64,000 bases of DNA from Bacteroidales bacterium (GTDB lineage Bacteria > Bacteroidota > Bacteroidia > Bacteroidales > ML635J-15). Position 1 is the first letter of the stretch. Every line of letters begins with the position of its first letter. Below the pieces are notes generated by a model. It was not told the origin of the DNA. It ran no database searches and saw only the letters and a program-made list of their open reading frames with translations. The stretch is from NCBI GenBank assembly GCA_017617125.1, contig JAFZWY010000052.1:1528-65527 (forward strand), read 5' to 3'. Below, in pieces: positions 17,901-27,000 of the stretch. The position numbers and the translations under genes are program-made.

Positions 17901-20900
17901 ATTGTCGTCTGCATGTAGATCAGCCTTGCGTTATAAATGTTTCCTTCGATTGGAATTGTCAAGGTAGTTCTAATGGCGCTGGTGCTCTCCGTGCTTTTAT
18001 GATACCCTCATCTGTAGGTCCACATATATATGGTGGAACTAATGTTAGTAATGCTAATGGTATGAATGGTACTAGCACAGCTACGCCTGATGGGTGGATT
18101 GATGTCTCGGAAGGCGTTTCTGATGGGTTGATGTGGGGAGCTAATTCGTGGGTAAGAAATTCCAAAAATTTGGTATTGTCAGAACCTGATGATTATTATT
18201 TTGTGTTGTTTAATAGAACTTATTCTACAGGAAGACCTGCCGCTGTAGATAACCTTAGCGTCGAGGTTGTTTCTACTTGCATATATCCACAAAACGTTTC
18301 GCTGGATAGCTTTGGCAAGACAACTGCAACCTTATCGTGGGAAAGAGTTACCGATGAATCTCAATGGCAGGTACTTGCAACAACGGCCGACTCTCCAGAA
18401 GAAGCTACCGAAACTCCAGTACTTGTCGATAATCTTAATCCTACAATCGAAGGCTTGATACCGGGTACACAATATTCTATATATGTACGTACATATTGTT
18501 CTTCTACCAACCAGAGCGAATGGGTTTCGGGTGGAACCTTTACAACATTGCCAGCATGTATTCCTGTTCAATATGTACATTTGGATGATTATGGTAAAAC
18601 TTGGTGTGCTGTATCGTGGACAAATGTTGACGAAGATGCTTCGCAGTGGCAGGTGCTTGCAACAACTGCCGATTCTCCCGAGGAGGCTACCGAAACACCA
18701 ATGCTTGTCGATGATACGACAGCAACTATAAGCAATCTCGAAATGAATACACATTATAATGTGTATGTCCGTTCATATTGTTCCGAATCGAGCCAAAGTA
18801 CATGGAAATGGGGCGCTTCGTTTACTACAATGCCTCCTTGCGAGCCTGTGTATGATTTGAATGCTGTCGTTACACCTACTTCGGCTAAGATAAGATGGTT
18901 GCATCCATACAATAGAGCAAATTATTATACTATATTCTCCGAAACAGCACTGACAGCTGAACAACTTGCAGTTGCTTCGTATCAGACTACAAGTGACCGA
19001 TATTGGAATCTCAACGATTTGACTCCCGGAACAACCTACCACGAATACGTTGCCGTAGATTGTTACGACGGCGATATGAGCGATTGGGTACATCTCGAAT
19101 TCACAACCCCTGAGCAGGAAGCTATGCCGTTGCCATATTATGAGAATTTCGACGACGGTGTTGCACAAAACTGGATAACCAGCAATAACGGTAATGGTTG
19201 GTTCCTTGGTTCTGCTATCGCTGACGAAAGTCCGATGTCGATGTATATTTCACCCGATTATGGTGCAACATATATGTATAGCGAATCTTATCATTCATTT
19301 TCGTATGCATACTGCCGCTTGAATATCGACCATCCATGTCTTATAAACTTATCGTACGACTGGACTGGTGAAGGACATGGCGTTAATGCTCACATGCGTA
19401 CTTTCTTGATTCCAACCAGCCTGAATCCAAATCTTACTGCAGGCAATCTTAATGGCATAAGTGCAATCGCGATGTCTATAACTACACCCGAAGGATGGAT
19501 TGAAATGGGTACTCCATATCCAGTGCAGAGCGCATTCTTCAATTCTGGTGCAGATACAGGTTGGTTGAGAAGCAACAAGGACGTAACTATTAGCGAGCCA
19601 GGTGATTACTACCTTGTATATTTCTGGGGTAACAATGCTTGGAATGGTTCCCGTTTGTCGGCAGCTGTCGATAACATAAGCGTTACCCATGTGTCCGACT
19701 GCATATTCGTCGGCAATATTTCTGTAGACGAAGTACGCCGCGAAGATGCCACGGTTTCGTGGACTTACCTCGACGGTTCGCAGTGGGAGGTGCTTGTTTC
19801 GCGTTCAAGCAATGCTGCTTCGGCTACCGAAACTCCTGTTTTGGTTTCGTCGCCATCGTATACTGCTCAGAACCTTGTGGCAAGTACTACATATTATGTA
19901 TATGTCCGCACTTATTGCTCCGAGTCGGAACAAAGCCCCTGGTCTGGCAGCGTAAGCTTTACAACCTTGCCTCCATGTGAGACTATTAATGGTATTGTAA
20001 ATGCATATATAAATGGAGATGAAGCTGCTGTTTTCTGGTCGCAGCCATTTTCATACAACAACTTCCACGTTATCTTGTCGCAAACCGAAATGTCGGAAGA
20101 AGAACTCAATGCAAGTGCATACGAATTAATTGATGAAACCAGATACTACGCCGATGGACTTACTCCTGGTCAAGGATATCATGTTTACATCTCATCTGTA
20201 TGCAGTAGCTTCGATAATAGCGAATGGTACGATTACTATTTCGAAACTCCAGAATACTTCACAATTCCTTATCACGAGGATTTCGATTCTAACGTTATTT
20301 ATGGATGGTATTCCCAACCTGATGGTTACAATTGGTGGACTATAGGTTCGGCAACTTCGACAAATGGAAGCCAGTCGTTGTATATTACAAATGATGGTAA
20401 TGCTAATGAGTATAATGTTGGTAGTACCACTTATGCTTATGCATATTGCCCGATATATATCGATAGGGCAGGATTGATTAAGGCGTCGTTTGATTGGAGG
20501 GCCAATGGCGAATGGAATTACGATTATATGCGAGTTTTCCTCGCACCTGCCGACATAAATTTGTCGGGTAATATTGGTATCGGTTTCGATGTAAACTCAT
20601 CCTCTTCACTTCCTAGCGGTTGTATGTCGCTTGAAGGTGGTGCCAATTTCTGTACTGTCGAGGATTGGGCACATGTATCGAATGTTGTAAGGATAAACGA
20701 ACCTGGACTTTACAATCTGGTATATTACTGGAAGAACGATAATTCTATGGGAGGCAATCCTCCAGGTGCTGTAGATGATATTACAATTGTCTGGATATCA
20801 GAGGAAAACGATATTCTTTCGTTCAATTTCGATGGTGCCGAAAATGTGCAGATCGATACTGAGAGCCATACCGTTACATGCTTAGTGCCTTATTCAATGA

Positions 20901-23900
20901 ATTTGCGTGCTGTACGTCCGACAATCACGATTTCCGATTATGCAACAATTAGTCCGGCAAGCGGAGCAACTGTAAACCTCAATAATCCGTTCGTATATAC
21001 TGTAACTGCCGAGTCGGGCGATGCTCAGGAATGGACGGTGGTTGTTTCAAGGAATGTGGCTCTTGTCGATGCCGAGATATTGTCGTTCTGGACAGAGGGC
21101 TTGGTTGACGTTACTATAGATTCCGAGAATGCAACTGTCAACGCTACAATAAGCCGTATGTACGACATCTCTTCTCTTGTTCCTACAATTGAAATTTCGG
21201 ATTTGGCAAGCATCGACCAGGTTGTCGGTCGTGCATACGATTTCTCCGAACCGGTTGTGTTTGCTGTTACCGCCGAGGACGGAATCACAACAAAGTTATG
21301 GACAATAAATGTTTCATACTATGATACTCCGCTGGGTGTTGATTGCACAAATCCTTATATTGTTGATGCCGAGAACGACTTGCCGTACGTTCATACGTCT
21401 TCAACAGAGGGCATGATGAATATGCTCAATACTTATTTCTCCGATTCGCCAAGCAATCAGATGACTCTTCCTGGAAATGATGTCGTATATAGAATCGATG
21501 TCGAGAACAGAAAGATGCTTGTTGTAAGTACTCAGTCGTATAGCGGAAACTTCAGTGTATTTGTAATGAATACTTGCGGTACTCGTTACTCGGATAAGGT
21601 TGCTTCAAACGTGGATGCTAGCGATGCTTCATTCACTATCGATTGCCGTCCTGGTTCCTACTTTGTGATTATTGATAGCAATAATGATGATGTATCGTAC
21701 GAAATCCAGATTCAGGAACAGCCATACTGCTATGTTGTGGAAGATCTCGATGTCACCCGCTTGCAGGATGAACTCGATGTGGCATGGTCATCGGATAATA
21801 TTGGCGATACATGGACAGTAAAATATGGTCTTTCGGGCTTCGACGTTGAGACTGAAGGTTCGCTTGTGAATGTAAGTGCACCGCACTGCGAAATTACCGG
21901 TCTCACCGAATCGACTCTCTATGACATTTATGTACGTGCAAATTGTGCTGGTGCAAACGGCAATAGCGAGTGGACTTTGATTTCTGCTTCAACCATCGCA
22001 TCTTGCCAAACTCCCGAAGCTTTGACTGCTGATGTAATTATGGACAACGAAGCAACCATCTCGTGGAACGGCTTCAACATGACTCAGTGGGAGTTCGGCT
22101 ACAAGTTGTCATCTGAAACTGAATACAGTACAATGATTGTCAATGAAAATTCTGTCAACTTAACCGACCTGCAGTACTCGACCACATACAATGTAAGGGT
22201 CCGCTCAGTTTGCGACGGCGACTATTCCGGCTATGCCGAATATACATTCACAACCATGTGCTTTATTGTTAGAACCTACCCATATACCGAAGACTTTGGT
22301 TCTGGAACATTCCCGCCATTGTGCTGGTCGCAGGAGAGAACTGCTGCAGGTTCGGGTATGGGCGTAGGTTATGCCAACGGTGCATGGATGAGCGCGTCGG
22401 CAACTGTTGGCGGCAATGCAACTACAAAGGCTATGCTCGCCGACACAAAGGCTGGTTCGGTTCACAATTTGGTTACTACTGGAATGATCTTTGCCGACAA
22501 CCTCAACGGTTACAGCATAAGCCTTGATATTTACCGCTCGTCGGTTTCCGTAGCTTCGTTTGACGAAGGCGTTGAGGTTTGGGTCAACTCTTCGCCCGAC
22601 ATTGTAAACGGAAATCCACAGATGCTCGGCTATGTCTCCAAGAACTACCAGCATTCGAGTGGTACTATTGCAGCGGAAGATGCTCCAGGTTGGTACACCT
22701 ATAATTTTATAGCAAGAAACAGAACCGGACTCAACTATGTGATACTCGTCGGTAAGTCAAATAATGCCGGCGGCGTTTACGTTGATAATCTTGTCATCGA
22801 CAAGACCGTCGATTGTCTGCCGCCTAGCAGCCTAGTACTTCAGTCGTCGGGCGACGACAATGTGGTACTTACTTGGTCCGACGATAATGCGATTACAGGA
22901 AACTGGACAATCAACTATTCGCTCAATGGCGGCGATGAGGTTGAGGCAACTGTCGATGTGCCTGCAATTACAATAAACGGACTGCTTCCGAATACTACCT
23001 ACCAGATTAGCGCACAGATACAATCGGTTTGCGCTGCAGGTATGGAGAGCGAATTGTATGAAGCTTCGATAGAAGCTACTACCGGATGCGCAATCATGGA
23101 TATTCCATATTCTGAAAACTTCGACGAAGATGGTGAAACTATCGATTGCTGGACTTCTGTAAGCGATGGAAACAATGTTTGGGATATAATCAATGGCATG
23201 GCTCATATTGCTTCGGCAAGTGTCCAGAACAATGCCCACTTGATTTCACCGCGCTTCAATATGTCGGGCGACGAAAGGTATATGGTGGAATTCGACGTTT
23301 TGCAGTCGAGACTCAATGTTTCGCGTCCCGATTCATTGTTCGTATTGTTCATCAAGGATGAAACCGAAATAGATACCCTTAGATCTGTTGCAATACAGAA
23401 TGCTGCAATCAACGGAATGACACAAATCAGTGTTGCTGTTCCGCAAACCGATGGCATCGGACGTTTCGATTTCGCACTTAACGGCTACCGTGAATGCTCA
23501 ATCGATAATTTCGTATTGAGAACTTTGTCAAACCAAGCCGAAATCCTCACATTTGAAATTGAAGAGCAGACTGAAGAACCTGTTATAGATTCTGATAATG
23601 CTACCATTTCGGTTAGTGTTGTTTTAGGACCAGAACAACAAATGTATTTGGCTCCTACATTCACAATCTCGGAAAATGCTACTGTGGATGTGCCATCTGG
23701 CACTTGGCGCTATTTCGATGAACCTGTTGAGTATGTAGTTACAGCCGAGGATGGCGTAACAACTAAGACATGGACAGTGTCAGTTACTATTGACCAAACC
23801 TACTGCGAAAATCCGTCTGCTGAAAGTATAGAATTTGAGGCGTATAACGATTCTGCAGTGATATTCGTTTATTCGGATTATTACGAAGAATCATACAACT

Positions 23901-26842
23901 TGAAGATTTCGTCCCAGCCTATTGATCCTGAAACAGAAACCGCTGATTTGTTTGATGGAACAATTGAACCTGATTGGAATGATGAAGGTTGGGGCAGGTC
24001 GGTAATAGAAGCTTTGGAGGCTTATTCCAATTATTATCTATATATTCAGTCGAATTGCGGGACAACAGAATGGACGGGAAAAACCGTCTGCGGTGTGTTG
24101 TCGCTTCCTTACGAACAGGATTTCTTATCCGATGATTGTTGGAGAATATACGACAACAACAATGATAACAAGACTTGGGATGTAGTAAATGGCGAAGCCA
24201 TGTATTCATTCTCTCGTATAAATCAGGCCGACGACTATCTTGTTTCTCCGCTGTTGAGGATTGTTCAAAACTCTAAGATGGAGTTCAAGTACAAGGTCGG
24301 CAATTTCAATTATCCTGAATCATTCTCGGTGTATGTCATAAATGGAGCCGACTCGGTTAAGTTGGATTCGCTGACTGTAAACAACGAGGCATATCATACA
24401 TACGGACCAGTTGACCTTTCCGATTTTGCAGGTATGCATGTTAGAATTGGAATAAGATGTGAGTCGGAAGCTTATAGGTATCGTTTGTATGTTGACGATT
24501 TCAAGGTCGAAGTTTCCAACTATGTTCTCGAAGCATCGGCTGTAGGTAGGGGAACAATAACTCCTAACGGACTTATCGAAGTTGCTCCTGGCGAAAGTGC
24601 CGAGTTTGTAATGACCGCCGACGAATACAACGAGTTTGTTTCGCTTACCGTCGATGGCGAGGATGTTACTGCCGATGTTGTGGACGGTGCATATACTCTT
24701 GCCGAAGTTTACGATGAACACAGCATTGTGGCTACCTTTACCGAACGCTATCATGTAGTTGCTTCTTCGGGTCAGGGCGGACATCTTGAGCCGGAAGGCG
24801 AATTTGTTGTCGAAGCCGGCGACACAAAGAGGTTTATCATTGTTCCCGATGAGGGTTATAGATTTGTTTCGCTCTCAGTTGATGGCGTTGCTGTAGAACT
24901 CGAAGCAGGAAACTTCATTTACTCGTTGGATAGCGTAACTGCCGACCATAATGTATATGCAAACTTTGCTCCTAGAGTATATTACACAATTAATGTTTCT
25001 GCGTCCGAAAATGGTGTTGTTACTCCTAACGGTAGCATATCGGCAGAGGAGGGTACAAGCCTTACGCTTTATGTCCTGCCCGACGAAGGATTCATGATTG
25101 GTGATTTCATCGTTGATGGTGTTGATGTTAGTGCTGATATCGTAAACGGAGAATATACATTCGAGAATATCACATCTAACCATACCGTTAATGTGAACTT
25201 CGTAGAGAATGTATACTATACGATTACTGCAGTTAGCGGCGAACATGGAACAATAACCCCCGAAGGCGAATCTCAGGTTGTAAACGGCGGCTCGATTTCG
25301 TTTGAGGTTGTTCCCGATGAGGGCTACTACATAGCTTCGTTTACTGTCGATGGCAACGACGCAATGTCTGGTCTGGTAAATGGCGTATATGTTCTCAACA
25401 ATGTTACTGCCGACCACGAGGTATATGTCGACTTTGCTATCTATACCTATAATATATTTGCATACGCAGTCGGCGGAACAATATCGCCAAGTGGAACAAC
25501 AACTGTTGAATACGGACAAAGCCAGACTTACATACTGACACCTAACAACGAGTACGAACTTTCCAACGTATTCATTGATAACCATGTTGTAGAATTGGAA
25601 GGCAATACCTATACGTTCGAAAATGTTACGGCCAGCCATAATATTGTGGCAGTGTTCACACCGATGAATATAACCAGATACACTATTTCGGCATCGGCAG
25701 GCGAGCACGGAAGCATTTCGCCGAGCGGTAATGTAAGGGTTGTAGAAGGCGATGCCCAGACATTCGACATTGTTCCAGACGAGCACTACTACATTTCTTC
25801 GTTGCTTGTCGATGGCGAGTCGGTAGATGTTGCCGGATCATACACATTCGAGAATGTTGCAGCCAACCATACTATTGTGGCTTCGTTCGAAGTTTACAAG
25901 CACACTGTTACAGCAACTGCTGGCGAAAACGGCTCTGTAAGTCCTGCTGGTGAAACCGTGGTTGACGAAGGCGACAATGTAGAATTGCAATTCTTGCCAG
26001 ACGAAGGCTACTGGGTATCGGAGGTCGTTGTCGATGGCGATACCATAGCAACTCATAGCAACGGATATGTTATTGAGAATGTCCTTGCCGACATGGAAGT
26101 TGTTGTTAACTTCGAGCCTCTGCCACAGTGGACTATCACGGCTATGTCTAGTGAATATGGTAGCATCTCGCCCGAAGGCATGCTGTATGTAACCCATGGT
26201 TCAAGCATCGAGTTTGTCTTCACACCCGAAGACGGATATATGGTCGAAAGGGTAGTGGTTGATGGAGCTACTGTCGCAACAAACGGCAACTCGTATACCT
26301 TCGAGAACGTAACTGGCGACCATTACATTTTAGTATCATTCAGGACACTTGCATACTTCATCACAACTGTGGTTGGAGAACATGGACGTATTACTCCGTC
26401 GGGAGTTGTCGAGGTTCAGCCTGGCGAATCGAAGATGTTCCGCTTTGTTCCTAATGTTGGCTACGAGGTCGACAGTGTACGCGTCGATGGCATGAATGTA
26501 ATATATAGCAACAACATGTACACATTTAATAATGTTACCGAAAACCATGTTCTCGAGGTTACGTTCAGGCATATCAATGTTGCAGTCGATGAGGTTGCCG
26601 ATATGAATGTGTCGCTCTATCCAAATCCGAACGACGGACATTTCAGTGTCGACTTTGCTGGAATCAGCGGCGAGGTTGTATTCCAGCTGGTTGATGCCGG
26701 CGGAGCACTTGTCGATGTTCGCGACATATATGTCGACGAAGGCTCGACTGCGGAATTTTTCTACAATCTGACACCTGGTGTATACTTTGCTAGATTTATT
26801 TCAGAAGGCAAGGTTTGGGTAGAGAAGTTTGTAGTGGAATAA
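11993..26842 (+). CDS. Giant (4949 aa) modular cell-surface protein, T9SS cargo with type-A C-terminal sorting domain
   Basis: Uninterrupted 14.85-kb ORF with signal peptide MRRKIRFGILLMMAVTLSSVTALGQ. Domain content in order: a NIDO-like N-terminal region (IGFTFYYDGVPYTQFSVNSNGNLKLG); 8 canonical plus 3 divergent ~190-aa modules (LPYxxDFE...YD[FY]LRAFLVP...PPAAVDN[IV]SV); 17 Cys-bracketed Fn3-like modules (SQWQVLV..ATETP..YYVYVR.YCSES.QS.WS); three ~80-aa beta-sandwich modules; a PPC-like segment; 9 InlB-B-repeat-like modules; and a C-terminal 77 aa ending LYPNPNDGHFSV...VEKFVVE. Confidence 0.9.
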   Translation: MRRKIRFGILLMMAVTLSSVTALGQIFENYRFDTGTTTSWNAVTDELIGSGVDDGVSAVTDIGFTFYYDGVPYTQFSVNSNGNLKLGSEVIASGGYSSPLGSNYTTNAPKIVGVGRDCSTGAAGYVKTGYTGNNNNKIRTVDFLLHKTASSSGTDYIQFQILLFQGSNEIRIVYSKDTAHQSVPSSYQIGLVNADASKMWVVNPSTHEASYFTSANSSTYSVFPGTGRYYSFIPDPLKTIGAATSLPYACDFENTTENGRWAFGNSVDGWSIGSATNNGGSKSLYVSNDGGTTNAYNSATQFIYAIRALNVQATGTYTVSYNWKCQGENGYDFLRAFLVPASLSPNLSGYTQVYANNITKTSYPSGWISIDGETYLGRQTEWQTISQTVTLSSTGTYYLVFYWRSDGSNQGGDYNPPAAVDNVSVRYLPVAASVPYTCNFETASENSKWTLANGLQTNYWMIGGSTYNSSSNSLYITNDGSSNSYTIASAISYVYAYRNLTFASAGDYVVSFKWKGYGEGNYDYLRAFLVPASVETLDAGNTNSISTANTPTDWIAVDGGSKLNVQSGWQVNSQTVNVPTAGEYNLVFYWRNDNSQGTQPPVAIDDIEVAAPCTATATVLADVQGSSSVIINRTNGSDGDYQLLITSSTDPTTATETPLMMTSSSMTITGLAEHTYYNYYIRSYCSEYRVGEWSSRRGFWTRHVPTTIPYTCDFENSTENSKWVLANDGQANTWEIGGYTYSSASNSLYITGGEGEYEYNYTGIANVYAYRNINFTSAGDYVVSFKWKGYGEGNYDFMRAFLVPVSVQTLVAANTSGITTTNTPSGWIAVDGGSKLNLQSDWQVCSHTVTVPTAGEYYLAFYWRNNTSSGTQPPAAVDDIEVDTPCTASAAITASADGYTSATITRTSGSGIKYEILVSTSSDPDAATETPVEMTSTTQAVTNLTEGTQYYAFIRSYCSEYRPGPWSSPVSFETESAFRLPYYQDFESGVADGWTLSVGSYGSNDWHVGSSTANESEYSMYISQYGIGNSYDNVTSNSYAYCKLLVEESGLINVAFDWKANGEANYDVLRAFMVPVSANPVFEGDNGMAGSLNTAPDGWIEASQYNSGMMYYNINWRHSSKNLVLSDAGQYYLVFFWKNNATNASQPPAAVDNISVEFLTSCLPVTNVTASNITKRSVDLSWTAGGSETQWQVLVGTSTPENSTETPMLVNTNSTTVSGLNNTTYYKAYVRAYCSESDQSPWSSVCSFKTLDSCKNVSDLTITEVMPTTATLTWTSPDTEASQWEVVVNQSSEATEGVVASMVVNSTTATITGLTPSTDYYVHVRCDCGEDGYSRWITEHITTLDEAITLPYTENFEGQLPSQWVLTHDATNNWYVGRATNNGGSRAMYVSNNDGASYSYNIGSSSDSYAYFSFGVEETCLLNVSYDWKCNGESEYDFARAFVVPISLGPTSDGITYYSEPSDWIPVDDGQMVGSESWTRMSKNVLLDPGYYYLVFYWENDGSVGTQPPAAIDNLSVSVATTCIYSTDVDVSDEGKTTAYAYWGGGSGSVSHYEMLVTTASNPDEATETPITVNTDYYELSGLEPDTHYYLYVRGVCSESSKGVWYSTDFTTLPSCIPLSGVNFGVITKTTIEMFLENEDPDASQWEVLVTTASSIENATESSHIVDNLNPTIEGLTPGTQYSVYARTYCSATDQSEWLSVGTFTTSPACIDVMDVTVDSYGKTWVTASWTNIDSDATQWQVLVSTATNATNATEDPVLVSTNPATIDNLETNTTYYVYVRAYCSESAQSEWVRSSSFKTYPPCVPPTNISAVVNSNEVNLTWKHDYLHSISQMYHLYLSEVEMSEAELNALTSSEYISRNCKRHNYSGLIGGQTYHLYLRAVCVEGDYSDWTHFPFTTPTDEVMPLPYYQDFEGDIVENWHLANGTSNNCWFFGAAVGKDSDKSLYVTSLSYSDVGWATVSGTSYVYAYCRLHVDQPCVINVSFDWNCQGSSNGAGALRAFMIPSSVGPHIYGGTNVSNANGMNGTSTATPDGWIDVSEGVSDGLMWGANSWVRNSKNLVLSEPDDYYFVLFNRTYSTGRPAAVDNLSVEVVSTCIYPQNVSLDSFGKTTATLSWERVTDESQWQVLATTADSPEEATETPVLVDNLNPTIEGLIPGTQYSIYVRTYCSSTNQSEWVSGGTFTTLPACIPVQYVHLDDYGKTWCAVSWTNVDEDASQWQVLATTADSPEEATETPMLVDDTTATISNLEMNTHYNVYVRSYCSESSQSTWKWGASFTTMPPCEPVYDLNAVVTPTSAKIRWLHPYNRANYYTIFSETALTAEQLAVASYQTTSDRYWNLNDLTPGTTYHEYVAVDCYDGDMSDWVHLEFTTPEQEAMPLPYYENFDDGVAQNWITSNNGNGWFLGSAIADESPMSMYISPDYGATYMYSESYHSFSYAYCRLNIDHPCLINLSYDWTGEGHGVNAHMRTFLIPTSLNPNLTAGNLNGISAIAMSITTPEGWIEMGTPYPVQSAFFNSGADTGWLRSNKDVTISEPGDYYLVYFWGNNAWNGSRLSAAVDNISVTHVSDCIFVGNISVDEVRREDATVSWTYLDGSQWEVLVSRSSNAASATETPVLVSSPSYTAQNLVASTTYYVYVRTYCSESEQSPWSGSVSFTTLPPCETINGIVNAYINGDEAAVFWSQPFSYNNFHVILSQTEMSEEELNASAYELIDETRYYADGLTPGQGYHVYISSVCSSFDNSEWYDYYFETPEYFTIPYHEDFDSNVIYGWYSQPDGYNWWTIGSATSTNGSQSLYITNDGNANEYNVGSTTYAYAYCPIYIDRAGLIKASFDWRANGEWNYDYMRVFLAPADINLSGNIGIGFDVNSSSSLPSGCMSLEGGANFCTVEDWAHVSNVVRINEPGLYNLVYYWKNDNSMGGNPPGAVDDITIVWISEENDILSFNFDGAENVQIDTESHTVTCLVPYSMNLRAVRPTITISDYATISPASGATVNLNNPFVYTVTAESGDAQEWTVVVSRNVALVDAEILSFWTEGLVDVTIDSENATVNATISRMYDISSLVPTIEISDLASIDQVVGRAYDFSEPVVFAVTAEDGITTKLWTINVSYYDTPLGVDCTNPYIVDAENDLPYVHTSSTEGMMNMLNTYFSDSPSNQMTLPGNDVVYRIDVENRKMLVVSTQSYSGNFSVFVMNTCGTRYSDKVASNVDASDASFTIDCRPGSYFVIIDSNNDDVSYEIQIQEQPYCYVVEDLDVTRLQDELDVAWSSDNIGDTWTVKYGLSGFDVETEGSLVNVSAPHCEITGLTESTLYDIYVRANCAGANGNSEWTLISASTIASCQTPEALTADVIMDNEATISWNGFNMTQWEFGYKLSSETEYSTMIVNENSVNLTDLQYSTTYNVRVRSVCDGDYSGYAEYTFTTMCFIVRTYPYTEDFGSGTFPPLCWSQERTAAGSGMGVGYANGAWMSASATVGGNATTKAMLADTKAGSVHNLVTTGMIFADNLNGYSISLDIYRSSVSVASFDEGVEVWVNSSPDIVNGNPQMLGYVSKNYQHSSGTIAAEDAPGWYTYNFIARNRTGLNYVILVGKSNNAGGVYVDNLVIDKTVDCLPPSSLVLQSSGDDNVVLTWSDDNAITGNWTINYSLNGGDEVEATVDVPAITINGLLPNTTYQISAQIQSVCAAGMESELYEASIEATTGCAIMDIPYSENFDEDGETIDCWTSVSDGNNVWDIINGMAHIASASVQNNAHLISPRFNMSGDERYMVEFDVLQSRLNVSRPDSLFVLFIKDETEIDTLRSVAIQNAAINGMTQISVAVPQTDGIGRFDFALNGYRECSIDNFVLRTLSNQAEILTFEIEEQTEEPVIDSDNATISVSVVLGPEQQMYLAPTFTISENATVDVPSGTWRYFDEPVEYVVTAEDGVTTKTWTVSVTIDQTYCENPSAESIEFEAYNDSAVIFVYSDYYEESYNLKISSQPIDPETETADLFDGTIEPDWNDEGWGRSVIEALEAYSNYYLYIQSNCGTTEWTGKTVCGVLSLPYEQDFLSDDCWRIYDNNNDNKTWDVVNGEAMYSFSRINQADDYLVSPLLRIVQNSKMEFKYKVGNFNYPESFSVYVINGADSVKLDSLTVNNEAYHTYGPVDLSDFAGMHVRIGIRCESEAYRYRLYVDDFKVEVSNYVLEASAVGRGTITPNGLIEVAPGESAEFVMTADEYNEFVSLTVDGEDVTADVVDGAYTLAEVYDEHSIVATFTERYHVVASSGQGGHLEPEGEFVVEAGDTKRFIIVPDEGYRFVSLSVDGVAVELEAGNFIYSLDSVTADHNVYANFAPRVYYTINVSASENGVVTPNGSISAEEGTSLTLYVLPDEGFMIGDFIVDGVDVSADIVNGEYTFENITSNHTVNVNFVENVYYTITAVSGEHGTITPEGESQVVNGGSISFEVVPDEGYYIASFTVDGNDAMSGLVNGVYVLNNVTADHEVYVDFAIYTYNIFAYAVGGTISPSGTTTVEYGQSQTYILTPNNEYELSNVFIDNHVVELEGNTYTFENVTASHNIVAVFTPMNITRYTISASAGEHGSISPSGNVRVVEGDAQTFDIVPDEHYYISSLLVDGESVDVAGSYTFENVAANHTIVASFEVYKHTVTATAGENGSVSPAGETVVDEGDNVELQFLPDEGYWVSEVVVDGDTIATHSNGYVIENVLADMEVVVNFEPLPQWTITAMSSEYGSISPEGMLYVTHGSSIEFVFTPEDGYMVERVVVDGATVATNGNSYTFENVTGDHYILVSFRTLAYFITTVVGEHGRITPSGVVEVQPGESKMFRFVPNVGYEVDSVRVDGMNVIYSNNMYTFNNVTENHVLEVTFRHINVAVDEVADMNVSLYPNPNDGHFSVDFAGISGEVVFQLVDAGGALVDVRDIYVDEGSTAEFFYNLTPGVYFARFISEGKVWVEKFVVE
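12728..20800 (+). repeat. In-frame coding super-repeat: ~190-aa module plus 1-4 Fn3-like modules, iterated 8 times
   Basis: The module-end motif (PPAAVDNVSV, PPVAIDDIEV, PPAAVDDIEV, PPAAVDNISV, PPAAIDNLSV, RPAAVDNLSV, LSAAVDNISV, PPGAVDDITI) recurs 8 times. DNA-level near-identity is visible: 13502-13583 versus 14321-14402 shows about 5 mismatches in 82 nt, and 16990-17110 resembles 18425-18545. Confidence 0.85.
24521..26570 (+). repeat. Nine tandem ~76-aa InlB-B-repeat-like (divergent Listeria-Bacteroides repeat) modules, in frame
   Basis: Each unit fits Y.I.A.AG.HG.ISP.G...V..G....F.I.PDEGY.I.S..VDG..V......YTFENVT..H.I...F. Nine successive units were counted in the translation. Confidence 0.75.
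26609..26839 (+). other. T9SS type-A C-terminal sorting domain (Por_Secre_tail-like)
   Basis: VSLYPNPNDGHFSVDF...VVFQLVDAGGALV...LTPGVYFARFISEGKVWVEKFVVE at the extreme C-terminus. Confidence 0.8.
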
Positions 26843-26870
26843 AATAAGATTATAGTCGCACAAAGAAAAT

Positions 26871-26905
26871 GATAGCCGGCGCAAACGTCGGCTATCATTT
26901 TTTTT
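26871..26905 (+). terminator. Rho-independent terminator after giant gene 1
   Basis: Stem GATAGCCG / CGGCTATC with a 10-nt loop, followed by ATTTTTTTT. Confidence 0.7.
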
Positions 26906-27000
26906 GTCATAATGACTTTAAAACCTTTTATTTACCTAATGACCATTTAAAAATTCTTTAAAAATTTTTAAATTTTTTTTTGCAATTAATTTTTTTTGTG

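Noticed and set aside
24875-25786. 303-aa antisense ORF inside giant gene 1, and similar antisense or off-frame ORFs such as 16214-16756, 18332-18754, 22205-22654 and 31354-32043
   Set aside because: These are shadow ORFs within long, repeat-rich coding sequence. They have low-complexity, Cys/Arg/Ile-rich translations and no independent signals. The sense-strand frame has overwhelming domain evidence.
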